Origin: an uncultured Actinomycetes bacterium | GTDB lineage: Bacteria > Actinomycetota > UBA4738 > HRBIN12 | Direction: 5' to 3' | Length of the DNA: 64,000 bases | NCBI GenBank assembly: GCA_963719165.1 | Contig: CAVRAV010000001.1 | Location: 1,433,478-1,497,477 of the forward strand | Shown: positions 10,498 through 19,231 of the stretch, in pieces | Layout of the letters: every line of letters starts with the position of its first letter | How positions within the stretch are numbered: position 1 is the stretch's first letter | Position numbers and translations under genes: made by a program | The notes under the pieces: generated by a model | Database searches by the model: none | What the model saw: only the letters and a program-made list of their open reading frames with translations | Told to the model about the DNA's origin: nothing

Positions 10498-11058
10498 ATG
10501 CTGCGAACGGCTCGGCGGGGCGACGGTACGGCTGGCTCTCGGATCTGGGGAGTCGTTGCCGCAACGATGCTGCTGGCGCTCCCGGCCTGTGTGTCGCTTT
10601 CGACAGGAACGACTTCTCCTTCGGCGGAGACCTCCGCGGACGCGAGCGCTCCCTCGACGGGCTCGTCCTCGGGACGCCTGCCGCCGGAACTTGCCCGGCG
10701 GACGCTCGCGTTCGCCGGGCGTGACGGCATCTACGTCGGGAGGGCCGACGGCTCGAGCCTTCGCGCGCTCACCCATGGCCCGGCTGAGAGCAACTGGCCC
10801 GAATGGTCGCCCGACGGAACCAAGATCGTCTACAGCTACCGAGGCGGCGAGCTCTGGCTCATGAACGCGGACGGTTCCGACGCCCGCTTCCTCGCTCGTG
10901 GAGGTGAGCCGTCCTGGTCGGGGGACGGACGGTGGATCGCCTTCGATTGCGCTCCCTCCTCGGACCCCGATGGCCAGATCTGCGCCATGCACCCGGACGG
11001 GACGGGGAGGGAGCCGATCCTCGATACACGCGGTTCGTTCCCGTCCTGGCGCCCGTGA
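10498..11058 (+). CDS. lipoprotein with TolB-like beta-propeller (PD40) repeats
   Basis: Lipobox LLALPAC, and WSPDGTKIVYS / SWSGDGRWIAF / MHPDGTG repeats. The ATG at 10498 lies inside the longer track ORF 10021-11058, whose 5' part overlaps the tRNA. Confidence 0.6.
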   Translation: MLRTARRGDGTAGSRIWGVVAATMLLALPACVSLSTGTTSPSAETSADASAPSTGSSSGRLPPELARRTLAFAGRDGIYVGRADGSSLRALTHGPAESNWPEWSPDGTKIVYSYRGGELWLMNADGSDARFLARGGEPSWSGDGRWIAFDCAPSSDPDGQICAMHPDGTGREPILDTRGSFPSWRP

Positions 11059-11095
11059 CGGGGGGCTCGTCGGGCCCCGTCTGCACCGGACCGAT

Positions 11096-11975
11096 TCAGA
11101 TCGGACGCGGCGCCGCGGGGGGGCCGCTGGTGACGAACGAACCTTCGACGGCGGTCGCCAGTTGGTCGGCATGGCCGAGGTGGCGCGCGAGCGCGACGAC
11201 GGTGGGACCGCTCCCCGTCATCACGGCGCCGAGGGCGCCCGCCTCGAGGAAGGCATCGACCGCACTCGCGATCTCCGGATGCCTCCCTGCGACGGGGCCC
11301 TGGAGATCGTTGAAGAGCGCGCTCCCGAGCAGGACGTCGTTGCCCGTCTCGGCCGCGGCGATCACGGCCCCGCCGTCGGGGCCGGTCCGGCTCGTCTCGT
11401 CCCACCAGTCGTACGCGTCCGGCGCGCGCACCGCGAACGGGAAAGGGCGCACCACCCACCACGTCGTGACGACGTGAACGGGTTCCACGCGCTCGCCCCT
11501 GCCGCTCACGTACACGGCGCCACCGGGCAGGAGCGCCGGGACGTCGGAGCCCGTCGTCGCGGCCACCTCGCGCAGCGCGACGGGGTCGAGGCCGCGGCCC
11601 CAGAGCTCGTTCAAGGCGCGCAGGACTGCCGCAGCGTCGGCGCTGCCTCCACCCATGCCCGCCGCCACCGGGATCCGTTTGTCGATCGCGACGGCCGCGC
11701 CCGGCGTGTCCCGACCCACCGCACGCGCCAGGGCGACGGCCGCTCGCATCGCGACGTTCTCCATCCCGTCGGGCACGGACGCCGAGGTGGGGCCGCGCAC
11801 CGACAGGGACCACGCATCGGCGCCGTCAACGGTGACGGCGTCCGCGAGCTCCAGGGGCAGCACCAGGCTCTCGACGTCGTGATAGCCGTCGGAGCGACGC
11901 CCGAGGACGCGCAGGAATACGTTCAGCTTCGCATGGGCGAGCGCGGTCACCGACCCGTGCCCGGCCTCGCTCACG
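11096..11975 (-). CDS. ispE: 4-diphosphocytidyl-2-C-methyl-D-erythritol kinase
   Basis: AHAKLNVFLRVLGRRSDGYH and KRIPVAAGMGGGSADAAA GHMP-kinase motifs. The GTG at 11975 overlaps the ksgA stop (GTGA). The track ORF extends to 12157 inside ksgA. Confidence 0.85.
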
Positions 11976-12927
11976 CCGGCATCTTCCGGGCGATCGCCGC
12001 GAAGGTCTCGAGCGAGAGCTCCTCCGCTCTCGCCGACGGGGCGACCCCACAGGAGTTCAGGACCTCGTCGGCTCGTTTCCCGTCCAGCCCGAGGCGACGG
12101 AGCGCGTTGCGCATCGTCTTGCGTCGCTCCGCGAAGCCTGCGTCTACCACGCGCCACAGCCGATCCTCGGACACGTCAACGGGCGGCGCCGACCGACGCT
12201 CGAAGCGCACCACCACCGACCCCACGCGCGGGCGTGGCCAGAAGACGGTGGGCGGCACCTTGCGCACCTTCGTCGCGATCGCCCGGTACGCCACCCGCAC
12301 GCTCACCGCGCCGTATGCGTCCTCCCCCGGCGCGGCCACCAGGCGATCGCCCACCTCGCGCTGCACCATCACGACCGATCGACCCACCGTGGGAAGGGTC
12401 TCGAGCACCGTGAGCACCATCGGAACCGAGATGTTGTAGGGGAGGTTCGCGCAGAGCGTCCACGGCGCTCCCTCCATCGTGGCTGCGAGATCCATCCGGA
12501 GGGCGTCGCCGTGGCGCACCGTTACGCTCGGGTGAGACGCCACCACCTCGTTCAGCGCCGGGATCAGCGCCCGATCGAACTCGACCGCGAGCACGCGGTT
12601 GGCCCGCGCGGCGACGAGCGCGAGCGTGAGCGACCCGAACCCGGCACCGACCTCGAGGACCAGAGATCCCGGCCCGACCTCCGCGTCGCTCGCGATGGCC
12701 CGGGCGAGGTTGGGATCGATCAGGAAGTTCTGGCCGAGCGCCTTGGAGGGGCGGATGCCATACCGGCGGGCGAGCTCCCGGATGTCGGTCGCCCCGAGCG
12801 TCGTCGGGGCGGATCGCTCACCAGCTGAGGCGGACGTGGAGGACGCCGGCGCCGAGGGGCGAGAGGGCGGCGAACGCCTCGGGCGAGAGGTCGATGATCT
12901 TGCCGGGGGAGAACGGTCCTCGGTCAT
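11971..12927 (-). CDS. rsmA: 16S rRNA (adenine1518/1519-N6)-dimethyltransferase KsgA/RsmA
   Basis: LGQNFLIDPNL...VLEVGAGFGSLT...NLPYNIS motifs. No in-frame start lies after the upstream gene stop. The ATG at 12927 gives a low-complexity N-extension overlapping the upstream gene by ~110 nt. Confidence 0.8.
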   Translation of the reverse strand: MTEDRSPPARSSTSRPRRSPPSRPSAPASSTSASAGERSAPTTLGATDIRELARRYGIRPSKALGQNFLIDPNLARAIASDAEVGPGSLVLEVGAGFGSLTLALVAARANRVLAVEFDRALIPALNEVVASHPSVTVRHGDALRMDLAATMEGAPWTLCANLPYNISVPMVLTVLETLPTVGRSVVMVQREVGDRLVAAPGEDAYGAVSVRVAYRAIATKVRKVPPTVFWPRPRVGSVVVRFERRSAPPVDVSEDRLWRVVDAGFAERRKTMRNALRRLGLDGKRADEVLNSCGVAPSARAEELSLETFAAIARKMPA

Positions 12928-13912
12928 CGATGACCACGGTAACGGAGCGCCCGCTCACGAGGTCCGTGACGGTGACGCGGGTGCCGAAGGGGAGGCTCGG
13001 GTGTGCCGCGGTGAGGCCGCTCCACGGCGGGTCGTACCAGGTGGCCAGCCCCGCCTGCGCGCGGCCGTCGGCGCCGGGCACGCGGGTCGTGCCCCCGTAC
13101 ATCGACTCGGGGCCCGAGACGACACGACGCGGCTCCGGCGCCCGCTCGACCCACCGGCCGATGAGCTCGCGCCGCGTGACCTCGCCGTTGATCTCCGTGA
13201 TCCGGTACGTGGCGCGGCCCACACCGTCACGACCCTCGGACAGCACTCGGCTGCGCCCGGGCGTCATGGTGTCCTTGAAGGTGGTGAGCGTGCGGAAAGG
13301 CACCGTCGTCGCCTCGAGTCGCGTGAGGATCTCCACGCGATCCACGTGCACGATGGAGCCGTCGTGAAGGGGGGTGCTGGGTGATGGCTCGACGCGGTCG
13401 TTCGCATCCGGCGTGATCCCCATGGCCGTAAGGAGTGCTCCGACCGTGTCCGCGTTGGTCAGGACGTCGTGTACCTTCCCCGACACGACGGCCTGCACGG
13501 ACACGGCCGGAGACGTACCGGCGCTCGATGCGGAACCCGAAGACTCGACGAGCCGGTCCGCGTCAGGAGACACCGACCTCGGGCTCGTCCCGTCCACCAC
13601 CCAGACCCCCACACCTGAGGGATCGGGCTCGACCGTGGGGCGATAGGAGAACGGACCCTCGGGCGCCGGACTCACCACCACGGTCATGCCGTCGGCCAGC
13701 GCCGTGGCGGGTGACGGCTCGACGAGGATCGCGGCATCGAGCGAGATGCCCTCGCCCGTGAGCAGCTCCCCGACGTTGGTCGACGTCGTACGAACGGCCT
13801 CCCGCTTGCCGTCCACCACCAGCGTGACGTGCTTGACCAACGCGAACTGCACGACGCCCGCGACGAGCAGCACGCCGACCGCGAGGGTCGTGCCTTGCAC
13901 AGCGCGGCGCAT
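12818..13912 (-). CDS. RpfB-architecture cell-wall protein: signal/TM, DUF348, G5 domain and a C-terminal RlpA-like double-psi beta-barrel (3D) domain
   Basis: Begins MRRAVQGTTLAVGVLLVAGVV (the ATG at 13912 is internal to the 585-aa track ORF, whose first 221 codons are R-rich junk). Has a G5 region GRSRVLSEGRDGVGRATYRITEINGE. The C-terminus ATWYDPPWSGLTAAHPSLPFGTRVTVTDLVSGRSVTVVIDDRGPF matches the RlpA/MltA 3D fold rather than the Rpf lysozyme-like domain. Confidence 0.75.
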   Translation of the reverse strand: MRRAVQGTTLAVGVLLVAGVVQFALVKHVTLVVDGKREAVRTTSTNVGELLTGEGISLDAAILVEPSPATALADGMTVVVSPAPEGPFSYRPTVEPDPSGVGVWVVDGTSPRSVSPDADRLVESSGSASSAGTSPAVSVQAVVSGKVHDVLTNADTVGALLTAMGITPDANDRVEPSPSTPLHDGSIVHVDRVEILTRLEATTVPFRTLTTFKDTMTPGRSRVLSEGRDGVGRATYRITEINGEVTRRELIGRWVERAPEPRRVVSGPESMYGGTTRVPGADGRAQAGLATWYDPPWSGLTAAHPSLPFGTRVTVTDLVSGRSVTVVIDDRGPFSPGKIIDLSPEAFAALSPLGAGVLHVRLSW

Positions 13913-14085
13913 CCGCAACCTGCGGAGCCGCCTAGGACGTGGTGCCAACCTTCCTCCAAGTTCTCGAGGAAGGCTTCGCGGGGAAGCGGCTTGAACCGGA
14001 TCGAAGCCTTCAAGCGCACGGGGGCGGAACCTTAGCAAACCCTCAACCCTCACTGCAACCTTGAGGCCGAACAGATGTTCGAGGG
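13913..14085 (-). ncRNA. structured 5' leader of the rpfB-like/ksgA/ispE operon (candidate regulatory RNA)
   Basis: The 173-nt untranslated leader contains two perfect hairpins on the mRNA strand. One is GCTTGAA...TTCAAGC. The other, CCTTCCTC...GAGGAAGG, sequesters a GGAGGAAGG element. Confidence 0.3.
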
Positions 14086-14907
14086 CTAGCGGAGCCCGGG
14101 GAACGCCTCGCGTGCGTTCGCGGCGGTGGCCGCGACGAGATCGTCCACGTCGACATCGCGTGCGCGGGCGATCGCCTCGGCGATGATCGTGATGTTCGCC
14201 GGCTCGTTGTCGCTGCCGCGGAGTTTCTGCGGGGCGAGGAACGGTGAGTCGGTCTCGGTGAGGATGCGGTCCAGGGGCAGGGCGGCGGCCGCCTGTCGGA
14301 AGTGCTCGTTCTTCGGGTACGTGATGTTGCCCGCGAAACTCACCCAGTAACCGCGCTCGGCGCACTCGCGCGCCAGCCCGACGTCGCCGCTGAAGCAGTG
14401 GATCACCACACGTTCGGCGGAGCCCTCTTCCAGCGCCCGCAGCGTCTGGGGCCACGCATCGCGGATATGTACCACCATGGGTTTCGCCGTCTCGTTCGAC
14501 AAGGCGATGTGGGTCTTCAGGCACCGAAGCTGATCCTCGACGGGCGAACGCATCCGGAAGAAGTCGAGACCGCACTCCCCCACCGCGATCACGCGCGGGT
14601 CGCCCAGCAGTTCTTCGATCCGCGCGGCGGCCGCCTGATCGAAGGTCGCGGCGTCGTGCGGATGCATGCCGGCCGTGGCGAACACTCCCTCCAGCCGCTC
14701 TGCCAGCCCGAGCGATCGAGCGCTCGTGGACGGGTCCACGCCCACGCAGATGATCCGGTCGACGCCCGCCTCGTTCGCGGCCTCGACCACATCTGCAGGT
14801 TCGTGCTCGAGGAGGAACAGGTGGCAGTGGGTGTCCACCGCCCCGCTCTGCACCGACACTTCAGGGTTCTGGTCGCTCACGATCGGCGAGCTTACCGCGG
14901 TCTCCAC
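14086..14907 (-). CDS. tatD: TatD family metal-dependent deoxyribonuclease
   Basis: AVDTHCHL...GECGLDF...DSPF TIM-barrel hydrolase motifs. Confidence 0.85.
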   Translation of the reverse strand: METAVSSPIVSDQNPEVSVQSGAVDTHCHLFLLEHEPADVVEAANEAGVDRIICVGVDPSTSARSLGLAERLEGVFATAGMHPHDAATFDQAAAARIEELLGDPRVIAVGECGLDFFRMRSPVEDQLRCLKTHIALSNETAKPMVVHIRDAWPQTLRALEEGSAERVVIHCFSGDVGLARECAERGYWVSFAGNITYPKNEHFRQAAAALPLDRILTETDSPFLAPQKLRGSDNEPANITIIAEAIARARDVDVDDLVAATAANAREAFPGLR

Positions 14908-14997
14908 ATGGGGTCGACCGGGGGAGCTTCACGTGAAACATGGATCTGGGAAGCCTCACCCCCGAGTGAAGGCGCGGTGGAAAACGCCGAACGCAGG

Positions 14998-16572
14998 CTA
15001 GTCCGCGTCCACGCGGGGAAACAGGGACGCTCCTTTGGTCGTGAGCGTCCCGGGACGCAGTCCGCCCCACGCCGTCGAGGCGGGCAGATGCTGTCCCTCG
15101 AGGGAGCCCGTCTGGCCGAGTTGCTCCCACAGGCGCGCCGCCGCGGAGGGCATGACCGGCTGGATCAAGATCGCGAGGCAGCGCAGCGTCTCCGCGGCGG
15201 CGTAGAGGATCCCCGCCAGCTCTCGGCCGCGACCCGGGTCATTCGCCACGGCCCAGGGAGCCCGCTCCACCAGGTACTGGTTCGCGCGGCCGACGATCTC
15301 CCACACGGCCGTGAGGGCCGGTTGGAGTTGCACGGCGAGCATCGCCTCGTCGTAGCGGGCGGTCACGTCCTCGATGATGGTGGGGAGGTCGGAGGCCTCC
15401 GCGCGATCGTCTCCGGGGTCGGGTACCTCGCCGTCGTAGTTCGACGAGAGCATGGCGAGCACCCGGGCGGCGAGGTTGCCGAGGCCGTTGGCGAGGTCGG
15501 CGTTGTGACGATCGACCATGGACTCCCAGCTGAAGTTCCCGTCCTCGCCGAAGCGCATCTCGCGCATGAAGTAGTAGCGGTAGGAGTCCACGCCGAAGCG
15601 CTCCAGCAGGTCGGCCGGGTGGATCCCCGTGAGGTTCGTCTTGGACATCTTCTTGCCACCGACCGTGAGGTAGCCGTGTGCCCAGACCTGCTTCGGCAGC
15701 GGAACGCCGGCGGCCATGAGCATGGCCGGCCAGTAGACCGCGTGGAACCGGATGATGTCTTTGCCGATCATGTGGATGTCCACGGGCCACATCCGGTCGA
15801 AGCGCTGGGGGTCCGAGGCGTAGCCCGCCGCCGTGATGTAGTTGGTGAGCGCGTCGAACCAGACGTAGGTCACGTGCGCGTCGTCCCACGGGAGTGGCAC
15901 GCCCCAACTCAGGGTGGTCCGGCTGATCGAGAAGTCCTGCAGACCGCCCTCGAGGAGGCTGAGGATCTCGTTGCGCCGGGTCCCGGGCTCGATCGCCCCG
16001 GGGTGCTCCGTGTAGTGGGCGAGGAGCCGGTCGCGGTACGCCGACAACCGGAAGAAGTAGTTCTCCTCCGTCACGTGTTCCACCGGACGCTCGTGGATCG
16101 GGCAGAGCCCGCCCTCCAGCAGGTCTCCCTCGGTGTAGTAGGCCTCGCACGATACGCAGTAGAGCCCCTCGTAGGAACCGAGGTAGATGTCGTCCCGCCC
16201 GTTGCCGTGGACGGCCTCCAGGAGCTTGGCGACCGCCGCGTAGTGACGCGGCTCGGTGGTGCGGATGTAGTCGTCGTAGCCGATATCGAGGCGCGCCCAG
16301 ACCTCCCGCCACTGCGCCTCCATCGCGTCCACCCACGCGCGAGGATCGGTCCCGGCGGCCTCGGCCGCCCGCTGGATCTTCAGGCCGTGTTCATCCGTAC
16401 CCGTGAGATGGAAGACGTTCTCCCCGCGCAGCCGGTGGTAGCGAGCGACGAGGTCCGTCGCCACGGCGTCATACGCGTGGCCGATGTGGGGCGCATCGTT
16501 GACGTAGTAGATCGGGGTGGTGATGTAGAAGACGTCGCGACCCATGACCGGCATCTTACCGACGCCAGGCAT
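14998..16572 (-). CDS. metG: methionine--tRNA ligase
   Basis: FYITTPIYYVNDAPHIGHAY (HIGH) and KMSKT motifs. Confidence 0.95.
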   Translation of the reverse strand: MPGVGKMPVMGRDVFYITTPIYYVNDAPHIGHAYDAVATDLVARYHRLRGENVFHLTGTDEHGLKIQRAAEAAGTDPRAWVDAMEAQWREVWARLDIGYDDYIRTTEPRHYAAVAKLLEAVHGNGRDDIYLGSYEGLYCVSCEAYYTEGDLLEGGLCPIHERPVEHVTEENYFFRLSAYRDRLLAHYTEHPGAIEPGTRRNEILSLLEGGLQDFSISRTTLSWGVPLPWDDAHVTYVWFDALTNYITAAGYASDPQRFDRMWPVDIHMIGKDIIRFHAVYWPAMLMAAGVPLPKQVWAHGYLTVGGKKMSKTNLTGIHPADLLERFGVDSYRYYFMREMRFGEDGNFSWESMVDRHNADLANGLGNLAARVLAMLSSNYDGEVPDPGDDRAEASDLPTIIEDVTARYDEAMLAVQLQPALTAVWEIVGRANQYLVERAPWAVANDPGRGRELAGILYAAAETLRCLAILIQPVMPSAAARLWEQLGQTGSLEGQHLPASTAWGGLRPGTLTTKGASLFPRVDAD

Positions 16573-16586
16573 GACCTCCGAGCGCC

Positions 16587-16607
16587 ACTAGTCTATATCA
16601 GACTAGT
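16587..16607. promoter_or_regulatory. perfect AT-containing palindrome ACTAGTCT-atatc-AGACTAGT, 15-35 bp upstream of the metG start; candidate operator
   Basis: 8-bp perfect inverted repeat with a 5-nt spacer, in the only AT-rich patch of the rsmI-metG intergenic region. Confidence 0.3.
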
Positions 16608-16635
16608 CACGAACCCTCGACCTCGGAAGCCAGGC

Positions 16636-17460
16636 TCAACCGATGAGCCGCGCGTACAGATCGTTCGCGGACCCGCCGCGCCGCTCGGCCACCGCGCGGG
16701 CCGCGTCGCGCTTGCGCATGCCGGCGGCGACGAGCGAACGCGCCTCGGCCAACGACCCCTCGAGGTCGACGCCGGCAGTCCCGGTATCGCCTTCCACCAC
16801 GAGGACCATCTCGCCCTTGAGTGTCGCGTCGTCGAGCCGGCCGAGCACCTCGGACACGCGGCCGCGCAGTACCTCCTCGTGGCGCTTGGTGAGCTCGCGC
16901 GCGAGTGCCACGCGGCGGTCTCCCATGGCGTCGAGGAGGGCGTCGAGGAGGGCGTGCACGCGTCGGGGCGACTCGAAGAACACCAACGTGCGATCGTCGT
17001 GGCATAGCTCCCCCAGGCGCCGGGCCCGCTCGCCGGGCTTCTTGGACACGAACCCCTCGAAGGCGAAGCGATCCGTGGGCAGGCCCGAGACGACGAGCGC
17101 CGCCAGCGCCGCCGAGGGACCCGGCACGACCCGGACCTCGATGTCGTGCTCCACCGCGGCTCGCACGATCCGATATCCGGGATCGGACACGCTCGGCATG
17201 CCGCCGTCGGTCACGAGCGCCACCTGTGCTCCCTCGCGCAGACGCTCCACCAACTCCACGGTTCGCTCGCGTTCGTTGCCTTCGAAATAGGAGACGAGCT
17301 GCGGCCGTGGCCGCAGGCCGATGGACTCCAGCAGGCGGCCGGTCCGCCGCGTGTCCTCGGCCGCGATCAGGTCCGCCGACGCGAGGGTCGCCCGGGCACG
17401 ATCGGTGAGGTCGCCGAGGTTCCCGATCGGGGTTCCGACCAGCCAGAGGATGCCCGCCAT
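16636..17460 (-). CDS. rsmI: 16S rRNA (cytidine1402-2'-O)-methyltransferase RsmI
   Basis: Starts MAGILWLVGTPIGNLGDLTDRA, a tetrapyrrole-methylase-fold RsmI. Confidence 0.9.
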   Translation of the reverse strand: MAGILWLVGTPIGNLGDLTDRARATLASADLIAAEDTRRTGRLLESIGLRPRPQLVSYFEGNERERTVELVERLREGAQVALVTDGGMPSVSDPGYRIVRAAVEHDIEVRVVPGPSAALAALVVSGLPTDRFAFEGFVSKKPGERARRLGELCHDDRTLVFFESPRRVHALLDALLDAMGDRRVALARELTKRHEEVLRGRVSEVLGRLDDATLKGEMVLVVEGDTGTAGVDLEGSLAEARSLVAAGMRKRDAARAVAERRGGSANDLYARLIG

Positions 17461-17542
17461 CCCCCGATGGTCCCAGGCGTCGCGTGCGTTCGGACGCGGC
17501 CGACGAGCCTTCGGCGCTGTCGCGCCCCGCTACCATCTGGCG

Positions 17543-19078
17543 GTGTCCCCGGTCCTGGCGCGCCTCAACCGCCCACTCGTCGCGATCCTCGCGGTCGCCG
17601 CTATCGCCGGTGGCATCCGCTTCTTCCATCTGACGCACCCGCCGGGTTTCGTGTTCGACGAGATCTACTACCCGAAGGCGGCCTGCATCTACGTCGGGTC
17701 CTCCAACGCCACGTGCCACGTCGCCTCGAGCGACGAGAAGTACTGGCGCACGAACCAATGGGACGTGGGCTCGTGGGTCCATCCGCCCTTGGGCAAGTGG
17801 ACGATCGCGATGGGGATCAAGGCGTTCGGGATGAACGAGTTCGGCTACCGATCCATGTCGGCGCTGGCGGGCACGCTCGTCGCCGTGATGGTGGCGCTCA
17901 TGGCGCAGCTGCTGTGGCGCCGACCCATCTGGACGTTCGTGGCCGGACTCCTGATGTCGATCGAGCACCTCAACGTCGTGATGTCGCGCACGGGCCTGCT
18001 CGACATCCACCTCGAGTTCTGGGTCGTCCTGGGGTTCCTGTGCGTGCTCTTGGATCGGCGGTGGATCGGGCGCGAGACGCCTCCACCGCGGGTCCCGCTC
18101 GCCGTCACGGACGTCGGCGGCGTCACGACGATGGTGATGCCGCGCTGGACGAAGGTGCCCTCTCCCCTGTGGCGGCCCTGGCGCTTCGCCGCCGGCGCGG
18201 CGTTCGGCGCGGCCTGCGCCGTGAAGTGGTCGGGGATCGCCGCCCTCGCCGGCGCCGTCATGCTCACCTACATCTGGGAGACCACGCGCCGGCACCGTGA
18301 CGACACATCGCTCCCGCGCGCCCTCGCGAAGGCGTTCGCGTTGGAGACCTTCGGGATGGTGCTGGCCTTCTTGGTGGTGCCCGTCGCCGTGTACCTGCTC
18401 ACGTGGCTCCCCTGGTTCCACCACTTCGGCTGGAGCCTCTCGGGCTTCTGGCAACACCACCTGGAGATGTGGCGCTACCACGCCGGGCTCAAAGCGACCG
18501 CCCTGGACAGCGCCACGCACACGTACACGCCGACCCATCCCTATTACTCGCGGCCGTGGACGTGGCTGCCCATGACCCGCCCGGTCAGCTTCTACGTGCA
18601 GAACGCCGGAAACGACGTCTCGCAGATCATCGCGATCGGAAGCCCCGTCATCTTCTGGGGCAGCATCCTCGCGCTGCCCTACGCGGCGTTCCGCTGGCGC
18701 CGCAGGCGCGACTGGCGTGCGGGCTACGTCCTGGTCCCGTTCCTGGCCCAGTACCTGTCGTGGTTCGCCGTGAGCCGGCCCCAGTTCTTCTTTTACGTCC
18801 TGCCGTGCACGCCGTTCATGGTGCTCGCGGTGGCGATGCTCGTGCGGGACCTGGCCGGGGCACGGATCGTCGTTCGCGACAAGGAAACGGGGGCGGTGGC
18901 GACGAACCCGGACACGGGGAAGCCGGCGATCTCCGTTCGCCGGCCCTACCGTTGGATCGCGTGGGCCATCGTGTTGGGCGCCGTGGGTCTGTTCGTGTGG
19001 TTCTGGCCGGTGCTCACGGCCGGCAGGCTCCCCAACACGCTGTGGCGCGCCCGCGTGTGGTTCCGCGGATGGATCTGA
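17543..19078 (+). CDS. protein O-mannosyltransferase (GT39/PMT family)
   Basis: FDEIYYPKAA motif (the DE loop motif of PMTs) and ~10 TM segments, divergent from rsmI. GTG at 17543 is the proposed start. The track ORF begins at 17321, overlapping rsmI. Confidence 0.8.
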   Translation: MSPVLARLNRPLVAILAVAAIAGGIRFFHLTHPPGFVFDEIYYPKAACIYVGSSNATCHVASSDEKYWRTNQWDVGSWVHPPLGKWTIAMGIKAFGMNEFGYRSMSALAGTLVAVMVALMAQLLWRRPIWTFVAGLLMSIEHLNVVMSRTGLLDIHLEFWVVLGFLCVLLDRRWIGRETPPPRVPLAVTDVGGVTTMVMPRWTKVPSPLWRPWRFAAGAAFGAACAVKWSGIAALAGAVMLTYIWETTRRHRDDTSLPRALAKAFALETFGMVLAFLVVPVAVYLLTWLPWFHHFGWSLSGFWQHHLEMWRYHAGLKATALDSATHTYTPTHPYYSRPWTWLPMTRPVSFYVQNAGNDVSQIIAIGSPVIFWGSILALPYAAFRWRRRRDWRAGYVLVPFLAQYLSWFAVSRPQFFFYVLPCTPFMVLAVAMLVRDLAGARIVVRDKETGAVATNPDTGKPAISVRRPYRWIAWAIVLGAVGLFVWFWPVLTAGRLPNTLWRARVWFRGWI

Positions 19079-19122
19079 ACGGACCCCCCGCAGGCGGGCG
19101 AACGGACCCCGGATACGCGAAA

Positions 19123-19150
19123 CCCCGGCGCTCGCCGGGGCTCGGTCTTG
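19123..19150. terminator. bidirectional hairpin CCCCGGCG-ctc-CGCCGGGG between the convergent PMT and CPBP genes
   Basis: 8-bp GC stem read from the sequence, followed by CTCGGTCTTG. Confidence 0.3.
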
Positions 19151-19231
19151 ATGGGATATCCCAACTACGAGCATACCGTCGCACGCCCACATCGCAAGGC
19201 CGCGGCGCCGAGCGTCACCGAACGTTCACAA

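Noticed and set aside
14302-17007. 901-aa plus-strand ORF
   Set aside because: Antisense to tatD, metG and rsmI. No protein-like composition.
16607-19192. 861-aa minus-strand ORF
   Set aside because: Antisense to the PMT gene and R/G/P-rich. A GC-frame artifact.
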